A DNA stretch of 64,000 nucleotides from Camelus ferus (taxonomy: Eukaryota): positions 11,348,001 to 11,412,000 of the forward strand of contig NC_045697.1 in the NCBI RefSeq assembly GCF_009834535.1, in the 5' to 3' direction. The position numbers were made by a program, and so were the translations under genes. The stretch's first letter is position 1; each line of letters opens with the position of its first letter. Shown here piece after piece: positions 10,171-22,696 of the stretch. Below the pieces are notes generated by a model, which did not search any database, was not told where the DNA came from, and saw nothing but the letters and a program-made list of their open reading frames with translations.

Positions 10171-11469
10171 GAAAAGACAAGAGGATGAAGTGCTTCTTGT
10201 CACCTGCATTTTACTCTTTGTCTTGCTCAATTTCAGACGTCCATTGTCACCCTGACCCCACTTCTACCCATTCTCCCTGAAGCCCACCAAACTACTCCCA
10301 TTCTTCTCATTGTCTAAAATCTTGCAGCCCGTACTCCCAAAGCTGCACTGGTAGATGTCTAATCCTTTGCGCCATCAGGTTACCTTGTTGGTTTTGCCAC
10401 TTCCCTGCTTCTTGAGGAACCAGCTATGACTCATATTCTGGCCCAGGGCTGAGCCTGAGAAGTGGAGGAAATGAAGTGCTCATTTTAAGCTTGCAAATCA
10501 GCTCCTTTGGGAAACCATAAGGAAATTCGATAAGCAAAGCTTCTATACTGTAAAGGAGTGAACAAGCCTAACCCCGATGCAACAGTTCTATTACCCCAAA
10601 GGGCAAACCATGCTAGTTTACATATAATTTTGCCTGGTAAGTATTGAATAAGCCCCAAAGAAATCTCACAAACACTCAAAATGCCCTAAAACCTGGCCTG
10701 ACCTTTAAGCTTGGGACCTCATCTTGCTATATTCACCCTAGATTTAACCCACAGAGTGTTTATTTTTCCTTTAATTTGAAATACTTGCCAACAGTTTAAA
10801 AAAATAAAGAATTTCACATAAAATTTAGATATTCATCCTCTCTTGAAAAATCCTAAGCTCTGGCAACCCTCGGCCCCATCCCTGCCTGCGGCCCCATCCC
10901 TGCCTGCATGGCATTGTACAGTGAGACCTGTTAGTTCTTGTCCATCCACCAGGGTTTCCAGCACGCCATGGCCTTCACCAGCCAGTGTCTCTGATATTCC
11001 ATTTACCCGCTGGGTCCATCTAGGTGTTAGTTAAGTCATTGTTGCTTTTCTTAATCTATCCAATTGCAGCATCTCCAATCCCTTCCACCAAGCTTTGTTT
11101 GCTTCGGATAACTAGTTTTCTTACCACTCTGCTTGCCCTTCTCTGCCCCTTCCTTGCCTATTTCTGTATCTTATATTTTTTCTTTATGACTCTTTATTCA
11201 ATAAGCATTTAGCTAACATACGTGTGCAAGATACAGCCGAGATGAGGCAGGAGGATAAAGATAAACAAAGACATATAGGGCATGCTCTCTGTTTTCGTGA
11301 TTGACAGATATGCAAAAATATGCTTACTCCATTCATGAGAATATATTGAGCCTTTACTGTGTCGTAAGCACTGTGCCAGGTGCTGGCGGTGTAGCCCCAG
11401 GAACGGAAATAATCCCCGACTGCCAGGTCTTCACAGTACAGAGGCAATCTGGGATAAACCTTTAGAGGA

Positions 11470-11680
11470 TGAGCTTTGGCACTTCACTGATTTGGCTTGA
11501 ATCCCGCATTTAGCTGTGTGACCCTGGGCACGTAACTTCTCCCTGCCTCAGTTTTCTAATCTATAAAATGGGGCTAATAGCAATCCTATGGTTTATCTGA
11601 GAATTAAATAAGTGAATGCACGGAAATTGACTAGAACGGTGCTTGGCATTTGGTAGGTGTTCATAGTTGTTACTGTTATT
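11470..11680 (+). mobile_element. MIR SINE
   Basis: tagctgtgtgaccctgggca...gcctcagttttctaatctataaaatgggg. Confidence 0.8.
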
Positions 11681-12819
11681 ATTAGAAAAAGTAGCAAGGC
11701 CTACCCAGTCTCAGAAATAAATGTAAAATGACGTTGCGAAGTGTGGAGGTCAGGCTAGGATGGAAAGTAGGCATTACTAGTAGAGCTAGGGCAGAAAAAA
11801 TCTCAGGCGTAATATGGAAAGCATCTTCAAACTTTTAAATGAAATGCTAATTTACAAAGAGCCTTCAAGGAAGTAGCAATTTATTCAAACTAGTTAAATC
11901 AAGGAAGGCTTCACAGAGGCGTTGACTGCTGTGTAATCCTCAAAGGATCTGTCAGAGAGACAAAGATGAGACTCTGAGGAAGGTCTTGCCAAGCAGAGGG
12001 GACACTGCAGAAATGAACACACTTGATGTCAAGCAAAGTCAAGAAACTTTGCAAAAGTAGAAGCTGTAAAACCATGTTGAAGCCCAACTCTCGAAGGCCT
12101 TAAGTAACATTTTAAGGAATTTGTAGTTTATTGCATGGGCCCTGGGGAGCCAGTAAATGACAAGGTAAGTGCTTTGTTTGAGCAAGAGGACTTCCAGATA
12201 CAAGGAGGGTGGATTGGACTCAGACAGACCCAAGAAGTGAACAATGCTTTGGGAAGTTGAATTCAGTCCAAGGAGTCGCTAGCATTCAATTGCTCAGTAA
12301 CTTCTCTCTGAAACACACAGAACAAGACTCAGAACAGAGGCTGGAAAAGTTCTCTTGTTGCTCATGGCTATCACCTGGAATTAAAATGATTGATGACTTT
12401 GTGGATTTCCTAAAGGCCATCTTCTCATCAGTACGAGTGGTCGTGGTTCTGGCATTTAAATTTTACAAACAGAGTTAGTTCGCGGCTGAGGAAGGCACTG
12501 CTGCCTGTCCAGAGAGTGTGGCAGCCCGTCTTCCCCCTGCGATTTTAGAGGCATCTCGGATTTCATTGTTTGTGGTGTTTACTGTCATTGTCTAATGTCC
12601 TCTTAACTAAACCAAATCTAATAATTAATTGTAATGACTGAGAAGGCCACAGCCACCAACAAGACCTCATTTCTTGAGTAACAACAGCAAAATCCAGCCC
12701 CACAACATGGACCATCCAATATTCACTTAATCATTCCACAAGTGTTCATGGAGCGCCCTCCATGCACAGGACCCTCCTCCCTCGGACTCTGAGTGAGCTG
12801 GCTCCCTTCTACCCACTCC

Positions 12820-13250
12820 AACCACATCTGCACCTCTTTCCTCCCAGGACACTCCTCCCGCTTCATTCCCTGGACACGCCAGACTCTTCCCTCTAGATTC
12901 TAGAACCCTCCTCGATTTGCCCCTGGCCTGGCTAGCTCCTCCTGAACTTTCAGTCTCAGCTCACGATGGTACCTCTTCAGAGCGGCCATCCATAACTACA
13001 CATCTAAATACCCCACCCAGGCTCCATCACTTTCTGTCACTGAGTTCTGTTTGGTAGGTCTCTGGTCGTTATTTGTAATCGTACCTGTATCTGTCACTTA
13101 CTCGTATATTGCTTGAATGCATTCTGAGATTTGTAAATTCCACGAGTGCTGGTGATGCATTGGTTTTATCCACCCGCGTACACTCAGAATTTAACATGCT
13201 GCCTGGCACATTTGGGTGCTGGGCATACTTCTGTAAAATAAATGGATAAA
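12820..13250 (+). mobile_element. L2 LINE 3' fragment
   Basis: Pyrimidine-rich decayed body ending gcctggcacat...aaataaatgga. Confidence 0.6.
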
Positions 13251-13769
13251 AACTTAACAGAATAAATTCCAGGCACTCTCCTAGCAATTTACATCCCCCA
13301 ATTCTAGATCAGTCTATCCATAATATATAGATAAAAAGCTATTAGATAGGGCTGTGTAAAAGCTATTATTCAGGCATTCATTTACTCACTCTTAAAGTAT
13401 TTATTGGGTACTTACTATGAGTCAGGCACTAGGCTAGGTCTTGCCCAAACAAAAATGGGCAAATCTGATAACTCGAGAAAGTCCATTTCCAGGAGCCATT
13501 ACCCAGTAAGGCCCTTTGTCATCATGGATTGTTCAATATCCAAAAGCTGTCAGAGCTGCTGTTCAGACTTCTGTAAGCCACCTCTGACTCATGCCAGACC
13601 GTGTGGCCACGTATCAGAGATACTGCACTCTGGATTCAGTTTTGTTGCTTCCTCACTGTGTGAACTAGATTTCACACAATTATTGAAGCACTGAAGTTAG
13701 CTTTAGTGCCTTCATGTGTTAAGTGGAAATAAGAGTGTTATGGGAATTTAGGAAGAATATTTCCTACTT

Positions 13770-14015
13770 AATAACTAACCTTTACGCAGCTGTTACGAAG
13801 CATCAGGCCTGGTTTCACGTACTTTATAAATATTAACTCATTTAATCCTTGCAACAATCTCATAAGATACAGGCTATTATTACTCCTATTTTATTGATGA
13901 GGAATCACAGGCACAGAGAGGCGGAGTAACCTGTCCAGGGTTACCCAGGTGATTGGTGGGGTGGGAGCTGAACCCAGGCTTTGGGGTCTTCTCTGTTGAT
14001 ACTCTCAACCAGTAT
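13770..14015 (-). mobile_element. MIR SINE
   Basis: aactcatttaatccttgcaacaat...attttattgatgaggaatcacaggcacagagagg. Confidence 0.8.
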
Positions 14016-14158
14016 CGTTGACAGCCTTTGTCCATCTGCACACTAGGTTGTGAGCTGCTTGAAAACAGAGAATAAACCTTTTCCAGAATATGGTGGCATA
14101 GACATGTAACACACTTCATCATGAAAGAAGAAAAACATAAATATGAAGATGAATACAA

Positions 14159-15059
14159 TGTATCATTTGGGACCCTTTTTTGCAAGTGAAAAAAAAAACT
14201 CCAAATGTCAGAATCAAAAAAGAAAAGAAGTGGATATATTGGTTTATGTCATTGGAAACATCAGGAGTATCTCAATTCAGGTACAGTAGGATCCAGGGGC
14301 CTAAATTACGTCATCAGGACCTGGACCCTGTCGCTGCTTCTTGTAGGCTTGCCTCATTCACAGACAAGCTTGTCCATGGGTGACCACAGTCAGAAGCTGG
14401 GCTTATATCTGCCCAACTTAGTCCAGCAGCAAGAGAGATTTCCTCTGCAGAAGTTCCAAAAAAGAAAAATGCTGGCATTGAATCTCACTGCCTGGTTTGG
14501 ACATAAATGTCCACATCCAAACCAATCAATATGGCCAACAGGGTAGCCAGTCTTGGGTCACAGGTTCACTTGAAATCGCAGGGTCCTATTACCAGAAGGT
14601 GGGTGTGGTGGCTTGAACTAGGTCCCCCCAAAATATATGTTCAAGTCCTAACTCTGAGTAGCAGTGAATATGACCTTATTTGTAGATAGATGGATGTAGT
14701 CAAGTTAAAATGAGGTCTTACTGAATTAGAGTGAGCCTAAATCCAATGCCTGGTGTACTTCGAAGGAGAGACACACACACACACACGCATACACACAGAA
14801 ACCGAAGTGGTGCTGTTACATACCAGGAACACTGAGGATGCAGAAAATGCCAGAAGCTGGAAAGGGCCAAGAAAGGATTCTTTGCTGAAGCCTTCAGAGG
14901 GAACATGGCTCTGCTGATACCTTGATCTCAGACTTGGAGCTTCTAGAACTGCAGGAAAACACATTTCTGTAGTTTAAACAACCCAGTTTGTGGCACTTGG
15001 TTACAGCAGCCCTCAGGACCTAACAGAGAAGGGCGGCCAGCCCCCCACATCCAACCACA
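14159..15059 (-). mobile_element. Old MaLR LTR (MLT1K-like), split by an MLT1C-like insertion
   Basis: tgcaagtg...ttggtttatgtcattggaaa...ttcaggtacagtaggatccaggggc motifs; the terminal part resumes after 15027. Confidence 0.6.
14604..15027 (+). mobile_element. MaLR solo LTR (MLT1C-like) with internal (CA)n
   Basis: tgtggtggcttgaa...gtgaatatgaccttatttg...gaagccttcagagggaacatggc...ggttacagcagccct. Confidence 0.85.
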
Positions 15060-15386
15060 AAGAGGCTAGCTTAGCTAAACACGATGAATTGGGAGGGGAG
15101 GAAAGGACATCCTGCGTGGGTCTTCTTGTTTTAATAAGGGTCGTAATAACCACAATAGCATCATTTACCAATTGCCTAATAACTGCCAGGCAATGTAAAG
15201 CCGGGTGCTTTACATAACATGATAGCTTTCACACCACCTGCTGAGGGAGGTACCTTTATCTCCAGGCATGAAGGAGGCACTGTACACAGAATATGGTCCT
15301 CCTCCTTAAATGATGGATAAGATCCATCCACCCACCATTTAAGAAGGCAGGTTTTATGTTTTACTTGACACCCTCCTCCCAAGTCT

Positions 15387-15450
15387 CACATACATACACA
15401 CACATACATACACACACATACACACACACACACACACACGCATGCACGCA
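15387..15450. repeat. (CA/TACA)n microsatellite
   Basis: Directly visible. Confidence 0.9.
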
Positions 15451-16417
15451 CTCCGTGCCACACCTCTTAACTGCGCTTGCACAAATAAATTGGGTGGCGA
15501 ATATTTCACAAATGCACTAATGAGTCTGCACTAGCGAAATCTCTGTTACACAAACTCTTTTCTAACACACTAAGAATTGCTATCCATGATCTCAAGTTTG
15601 TCCTCTATTTTCCCAGACCTTGCTTTTAGTGCTGCCTCCCTGCCCCCCACTGCATGCCTCCATCCCCGCCCCAGTCCTCCAGAACTCCCTTTACTCCTCC
15701 AGGTCTCAGCCATGGACCCCCTGCCTCCCTTTCCCTCTCTCGGGCTTCAGAGAGGGACTTGCAAGTTGGCTGCCGACACCAGGACTCCGACAGACACCCT
15801 GAAGTCTGAAGGAAAGACAGCTGCCCCGTCCCCCAAAGCCTGCCAAGGACAAACTTCTACCTGCAAACTTGGGCCTAGAGAATCATTCTCGAACAAAGGC
15901 ACCCCTGATGGCTGAATTTGCTCGGAATTGACTCCTGAGTTCCTCTATTATTGGGACTGACATCTGAAGCGTGAGTGTGCTTTTCTTTCACAAAGGCCCT
16001 ACCCTAATCCAAGATCAAACAATTTATTTCGGAAAATAACTGTACATAATGGTACATTTTCCAGAACCGGCCAGGTCTCCCCCTGTCATTTGCCATCGCC
16101 TTTGAAGTAGTTAATAGCTGAGGTAGCTCGGGGAGGCTACCCTGCTCCTGAAAATGGCACTTAGTGTCTCTTCTGCTTGCCAGGGACTTACCATTTACCT
16201 CTGCTTTTATCAGCCCACTTCTTGCTTTTATCTGCTTTGTTTCCCAAGTGAATGGTCATTACCTAGTTCCCCACATATCGTTTTTAAGGGCCATGGAGGA
16301 TTTCCTTACATGAATGGTCCTTAAATGATCTCACTGGCTCCCTAGAGTTGGTATTAGCATTATTTCTCATTTTTCTCTAATGCAACAATCTTTCCATGAA
16401 TATTCTCCCCCCCACCC

Positions 16418-16560
16418 CAGCTTTATTGAGGTGTAATTGACCAAGAAAACTAGTACCTCTCAAAGGTGTACAATGTGAGGACTTGATATGTGTATACCTT
16501 GTGAAAAGACTCCCACATCAAGTTAATTAACACATTTATCACTGTTTTGTGGGTGTGGTG
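16418..16560 (-). mobile_element. L1 3'-end fragment (L1MA-like)
   Basis: cagctttattgaggtgtaattgac...aaggtgtacaatgtg...caagttaattaacac. Confidence 0.7.
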
Positions 16561-17391
16561 ATCTCAGAGGTTCTTCTACACCCACACTTATTTACAACAA
16601 AATTCTAAAAATAAAATCGTTTTAAGGCAAAGGGTGTATACTGTATAAACCTTTAGTTGCATGTTACTAAATTGCTGCATAAATGAGTTAGGTGGAGGCA
16701 GTCCCACCAGCAGTTTCTACTTCTTAGTTTTTATGTTGGTAAACATGATATATCCTTGTGAAGGAAATTCACAGAGTACTTCAAAGTATGAAGAAAAATG
16801 TGAAACGCACTTGATTTTCTCCATTGTGTACACTCTGTAGAAGGACCAAGCAGGTCATGCCCATGTCAGCCCCCTAGCTGCCATGCCCCAACTGGATGCT
16901 GGTAGAGGACCATCCACTGCCTGGATGTACAGGTAGGTGGCTGACAAATCCCTGACTCTCTTCTAATTTTTCACGTTTATGAAAAAACAGAACAATGGTT
17001 ATCCGGCAAGCATCCTTCAGGTCTGGATGTAAATATCATTCCCTGAGAGGACCTTCCTCAACTCCCCAATCTTTATTTCAACTTTTTCTTTGACTCATTA
17101 ACTGGACTAAGAGGCCCTGAGCCCTCTGCATAGAAACTACCACCCACATGGTATCTCGTACTTAGCACTTAATGACAAACTAGGTCCAGATGCAATGATT
17201 GATGCCTGATGACTGACTGATATGTAGTAAATTTTTCAAAACATGCAACATGTTGTGAGATGTGTTATCAGTTGCAGCCTAATTTCAAAATGAGTCGAAA
17301 TTTTATATCCACAATGACCTGAATGCTCAGCTCAACTGAACAAATATTTTTTTGGCATCACAGTTCTTTAAGTACTAGTCAAGCATTAGGG

Positions 17392-17580
17392 ATCAGGGTG
17401 GTTAACTTCACATGTCAACTTAGCTGGGCCAGGGAGTGCCTAGATATTTGGTCAAACATCATTCTGGGTGTGTCTGTAAGGCTATTTCTGGATGAGATGA
17501 ACATTTGAATTGGTAGAGTGAGAAAAGCAGATTGCCCTCCTCAACATAGGTGGGCCTCATCTAATCAGTTGAAAGCCTAA
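17392..17580 (+). mobile_element. ERV-L LTR 5' half (MLT2-like), truncated
   Basis: ggttaacttcacatgtcaactt...tggtcaaacatcattctggg...aaagcagattgccctcc. Confidence 0.85.
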
Positions 17581-17811
17581 CATCAATAAGTTCAGCCTGA
17601 TCTAACTTTCTGATCTTTCCATTATTATCCAACATCCTTCTATCCATACCCATCCTTATCCCACAGGTAAGTTAAAAGACTCGAGTAGTTCTTTTGCAGT
17701 TTAATGCACCTCCTTGTGGGTCACACTTTGTGCCTCACCTTTAGGGGCCTGCTGGGCCTTGAGTCTAGATCCAGGGCTACAAACAGAGAGTGGTGGGTGG
17801 GGTGATGGGTG

Positions 17812-20065
17812 CTCACTAAGCAGAGATTCTACACTTAGCACTGCAGCTCAGGGAGTTACTTAGGAAGGACTCCAAGAGTTTGGTTGGTTGGTTGCAACAT
17901 GAGCATGAAAATTAGAAATGCTGCACCTTTCTTGGTGTAATGTAGCTGAAGGGATTCAAAGGCTTAGGGAGATTAGCACATTAGAGTAGATTTGTCATTT
18001 CAAGCCTTACTCATTCACATGGGGAGGGTGCAAGAGAGACATTTTTCACAATTACTGTGAGAAGTAAATTTGTAAGGGGATCCTACCACCCTTAAAGAGC
18101 TCTGTGATCACTCTTCTATGTAGGCCAAGATCTCACAATGGGAACTGTGGTCACTGAGTTGGGAAACCTAAGTGCAGTGGGAGTAACTGGACCCCAGTTA
18201 AGGGCCAAACAGAAGCATTCAAATGCCAAAGGCGAGGTGGGTCTCGGTACCATAATGGCAGAGGAGTCAAAGCAGCAATCAGAATATAGTTTAACTCACA
18301 TAGACTTACAGCATTGGCATTCCTGGAAGTGAAATAGAAAGGAAACCTACTAAGTTCGTACTTGACCTGAATAAACAGAAGTGTTCTAAGTTAAGTGAAC
18401 AAAAGTCTAACTTGAATCATAAAAACAGAGTGTCATGGCCCCTTTATCAGTTCCAAGACTTGAGCAGTTTACAAACTCAGGCCCCTGGAATGAAGAGGAG
18501 GCTGGGTCTCTTTAAGGAAGGATCCCACGACTCTGCTAAAATTGATATTGTTGATCTTTCTCCCAGCCTTCCCCAAAAAGATCTTTTCTTTTCGTGGTGA
18601 CTCTGCACTGAGGAACAGGAAATAATCAGAGCTTTCAGGGATTACTGATTTCAAGGAACTCAAAACATCACTTGGGTTCACCTGTTGAGTAGAGTCTTAT
18701 CGCAGTCAAATGACCAATGAAATTTTCGCTCAGGTCCATCTCATAGTGGAGCCAGTGGGTCGCTGGACCCATACTGTGGTTATTTCCTCAGTTCTGGAAT
18801 GCATAATTGGAATAGACTTAGGTACCAGCAAAATTCCCACATTGTTTCCCTGACCTGTGATCAGAGGGCTATTGTGATGGGAAAGACCAAGTGGAAGTCA
18901 CTAAAATAGTCTTTACCTAGGAAACTAGTAAAAACAAAGGAAATACTGGGTTCTTGGAGGGATGGCAGAGATTAGTGCCACCATCAAGGTCTAGAAAGAT
19001 GCAGGGATGGTGATTCCCACCACATTACCATTTGACTTGCTTGTTGGCCTGTGCAGAAGAGAGATGGATCTTGGAGAATAGTAGTGGGTTATTGTAAAAT
19101 TAATCGGGTGGTGACTCCAATTGCAGCTGCTGTACCAGCTATAGTTTCATCACTTGAGCAAATGAACACATCCCCTAGTACCTGGTTTGCACTATTGATC
19201 TGGCAAATGCTTTTTTCTCTGTACCAGTCAATAAAGACCACCAGAATCAGTTTGCTTCCAGCTGGCAAGGTCAGCAATGCACCTTCACTGTCCTAACTTA
19301 GGAGATATCAACTCTCCAACCCTGTGTCGTAATTCAGTTCACAGGGCGATCCATCATCTTTCCCTACTCTGAGGTATTACACTGGTCCATTACACTGGTG
19401 ACATTATGATGACTGATTCCAGTGAACAAGGTGTAGCAACTACTCTGGACTTATTGTTAAGATATCTGCATGTAAGATGATGAGATATAAACACAACTTA
19501 CATTTAGGGGTCTTCTATCTCAGTGAGATTTCTAGGAGATCCCTTCTGAAGAGAAGACTAAATTGTTGCATCTGCTATGATCAAAAAGAGACAGTGCCTG
19601 GTGGGGTCTTGAATTTTAGAGGCAGCGTATTCCTCATTTGGGGTGTGTTATTCTGGTCCATGTACCAAGGGACTCAAAAAACTGCTAGTCTTGAGTGAGA
19701 CCGAGAACAAAAGAAGGCTCTACAATGGATCCAACAAGCTGCTCTTCCCCTTGGACCATATAATTCAGCAGATCCAATGGTGCTGGAAGCATCAGTTCCA
19801 GAGAGTGATGTTGTTTGGAGTCTTTGACGAGCTTTACAGGGGAACTGCAGCACTAGACCTTAGGATTAGGGAGCAAAATCCTGCCATTCTCGGTGGGTAA
19901 CGACTCTCCTGAGGAACAGCTCTTGGCCTGCTCCTGGGCCACAGTAGGGACTGAATCCAAGTTACCATGTGATCAGGGCTGCCAATTGTCAACTGGATGT
20001 TAATCTAACTCACCAAGCCATGAAGCTGGGCATGCACAGCAGTGTTCTGTCATCAAATGAAAGTT
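17812..20065 (+). mobile_element. Decayed ERV-L internal region (gag-pro-pol remnant)
   Basis: ORF 19051-19296 (QKRDGSWRIVVGYCKINRVVTPIAAAVP) is a typical ERV-L RT N-terminus. The degenerate RT motif LVHYTGDIM is at 19382-19408, and there are many stops and frameshifts. Confidence 0.9.
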
Positions 20066-20180
20066 GAAAATTGCATAAGTAAGACTCAAGCCTGAGAGAA
20101 TGGCACACACAAAGCCATAGAAGAAAAAAATCAGCATTTTGCAGTTAGAAACTTCAAATGCCTGAAGAATTATCTAAGCG

Positions 20181-20265
20181 AAAAAACACAAAAAATCCAA
20201 CCAAACAGCAACAACAAAAAACAAATAACAAAACACCAAAACCAAAACAAAATAAAACAAAAAAC
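20181..20265. repeat. CAAAA-rich low-complexity tract
   Basis: Directly visible. Confidence 0.85.
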
Positions 20266-20956
20266 CCAGAGGAGGCAGAGGAGACAAGATTATTCACATA
20301 TAGTTGCTGGCATAAAATAATAGAAATGGTATGAAAATAATATTTTACATTCTATGCAATTTTTTGGTCCCATTGATTGAAAAAAAGAAAAACATTTAGG
20401 CTGCCTTTGTTGGTGATAGATGAGTCAGTTCAATGGTCTGGGCTGTAGGTGAATGCCCGCGATGGTTAGAGTGGAGCAGTAAGTATCGAGAGGGACACAA
20501 AATGAATGCCGTCAAGGAGCTTACAAGAGTCTGTGAGCCTGTAACGGGAATCACAGTGCGAACTGCTGAATGAGGGCGTTGGGAGTACAGAGTAACTCCG
20601 TCTCATCCCTGGATGTCTTCGCGTGCAGTGAGCATGACTGTCTGGGTCACGTCCTGCTGGGGCTGTCGGTACCACACTCCTAGTGACTCGTTTCTTCTAC
20701 TGAAACGCCAGGTCCCTTTCCTTGAGACCTGCACCAGCACTAGTCAAGACTTGCAAACAAGGAATCCAGTGACAGATCAGCTGAAAATGTAGACAGAAAT
20801 CTCAAAGACAGATCTTGCATTCTATTATATTTAATTAAGGCTGAAGGATCAATCTTTTTTTTTAAGTTGTATAGTAGTTTTTCAATTATAATTATAATAA
20901 AGATTATTATAGAACTTTTTTAAAGGTTATATATTCTTTTCTGTGTTATACTGTTT

Positions 20957-21080
20957 ATTTTTATTTTTTTAATGGGGGGAGGTAATTAGGTTTATTTATT
21001 TATTAGCGGTACTAGAAATTGAACCCAGGACCTCATGCATGCTAGGCATGGGCTTTACCACAGAGCTATACCCTCCTCTT
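20957..21080 (-). mobile_element. tRNA-derived camelid SINE (Vic-1-like)
   Basis: Reverse complement of the element at 56122. Near-perfect TSD ttatactgttt (20946-20956) / ttacactgttt (21084-21094). Confidence 0.88.
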
Positions 21081-21096
21081 CTATTACACTGTTTGT

Positions 21097-21290
21097 TTTT
21101 TTTAAATTGAAGTATAGTTGATTTACAATGTTGTGGTAGTTTCAGGGGTACAATATAGTGATTCAGTTATATATTACATATACATATATATACTTTTCCA
21201 GATTCTTTTCCATTGCAGGGTGTTACAAGGTACTGAATATTGTTCCCTGTGCTATACAGTAAATCTTTGTTGTTTATCTATTTTAAATAT
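21097..21290 (-). mobile_element. L1 3'-end fragment
   Basis: ttgaagtatagttgatttacaatg...gttccctgtgctatacagta...gtttatctattt, complementary to 61530-61710. Confidence 0.88.
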
Positions 21291-21496
21291 CAAGAAAATT
21301 AAAAGATAATAAAGAGGAAATTGAAAACTAGTAATTCTATCACCCAGAGATATAATCATTAGCATTTTGACATATTTTTCCCTAGGGATTGTTTATGCAT
21401 ACAATATACATACAATTTTATATCTTTTCACTTTTTGTATGTGTTATCATTTTCTTATATCATTAATCTTAAAACAACTTTATTTTTTACATTTAA

Positions 21497-21643
21497 TTTT
21501 TTTTAATTTATTGAAGTATAGTCAGTTACAATGTGTCAGTTTCTGATGTACAGCATCATGTTTCAGTCATATATATACATACATATATCAGTTTTCATAT
21601 TCTTTTTCATTATAGGCTACTATGAGATACTGAATATAGTTCC
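21497..21643 (-). mobile_element. L1 3'-end fragment
   Basis: attgaagtatagtcagttacaatg...tgaatatagttcc. Confidence 0.85.
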
Positions 21644-21798
21644 AAAACATAATTTTAAATAACTGTATTACTCCAGTTTATGGGGGTATCATTGTTGATT
21701 GAAACATTTCCTTATTATTGGATTTTTTAGGAAATTTCTAATTTTTTGCTCTTTTTGAATAATACTGATCATTGTAAATCTTTCGCCTTATTTCTTAT

Positions 21799-22256
21799 TG
21801 TTTCCCTCAGGCCAGGTCCTCTGTGATGCAGGCACAAGACAGGATTAGAAATGCAGGAGATTTATTAGGGGAAGTGCCTGAGGGAAAATGAGGGAGCTGG
21901 GGGAGGCTGGGAAGAGCTGCGCCATAAAGATGCAGGTGTAACCCCTGCAGGGGAGTGAGGAAGGGAGGAAGTTTGAGTGGAAGAGTCTTAGTCTGAAGTG
22001 CAGTTCCAAGAAAATTCCAGAAGTTCAATGGTGCTTCCTCAAGCCAAAGTTGCCCGTCAGGAGGAGTCCTGCATCTCTTTGCGTGAATATCCTGCCTCAG
22101 TATCTCTGCTGCATCAGCCATTGGCTGGAGCAGCTCAGGGCAGGGGTGGCCTCAGCTGGGCAGCAGTGGTGGATTTCAGAGGGTGGCAGCTGGGGCTGTC
22201 AATCACTTCTGCTCCCGGGGGTCAGAGGCCTGAGAGGAGCATATTCATGACCACCA
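21799..22256 (-). mobile_element. ERVL LTR (LTR16-like)
   Basis: gcaggagatttattaggggaagtgcctg...cctcaagccaaagttgcccgtcag...gagcatattcatgaccac. Confidence 0.7.
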
Positions 22257-22696
22257 TGGGGGACAGTCCCACCACTAGGATTCCACTTTCTAAAGGCAGA
22301 CCCAACTTTAAGCCTTTTGCATAGTATTAAAAATTCCTTTCCTAGTTGATAAAAATTCTGACAATTATGATTACAAAAAAAAAATGTGAATAAAAAAGAT
22401 CTCTACGGTCACTCTAATTTTAGGACCATTTTTTCCTTCTCAGAGACTCCCTTGATGGTTGGGTTCTTGGTGCCTCTTAGCAAAACCTTTGCCTTCATCT
22501 TCTGCTGTTCTAGGACTTCCATTTAATAATCTTTTCCATACTCCACCGCCAGAATGATTTTACTAAGGCTCAGTTCTGACTCACCACATCTCTGCTCAGA
22601 AGTATTCCAGGGGTGAAAATACAAACTCAGTACAGAATTTTCACAATCTAGTACTAACCCAGATTCCCCAAAACATTGCTAATTATTGGATTTGAA

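Noticed and set aside
17664..17672. Perfect plus-strand donor CAG|GTAAGT behind the MLT2 fragment
   Set aside because: A given 9-mer is expected roughly once by chance in a window this size, and the LTR is truncated.
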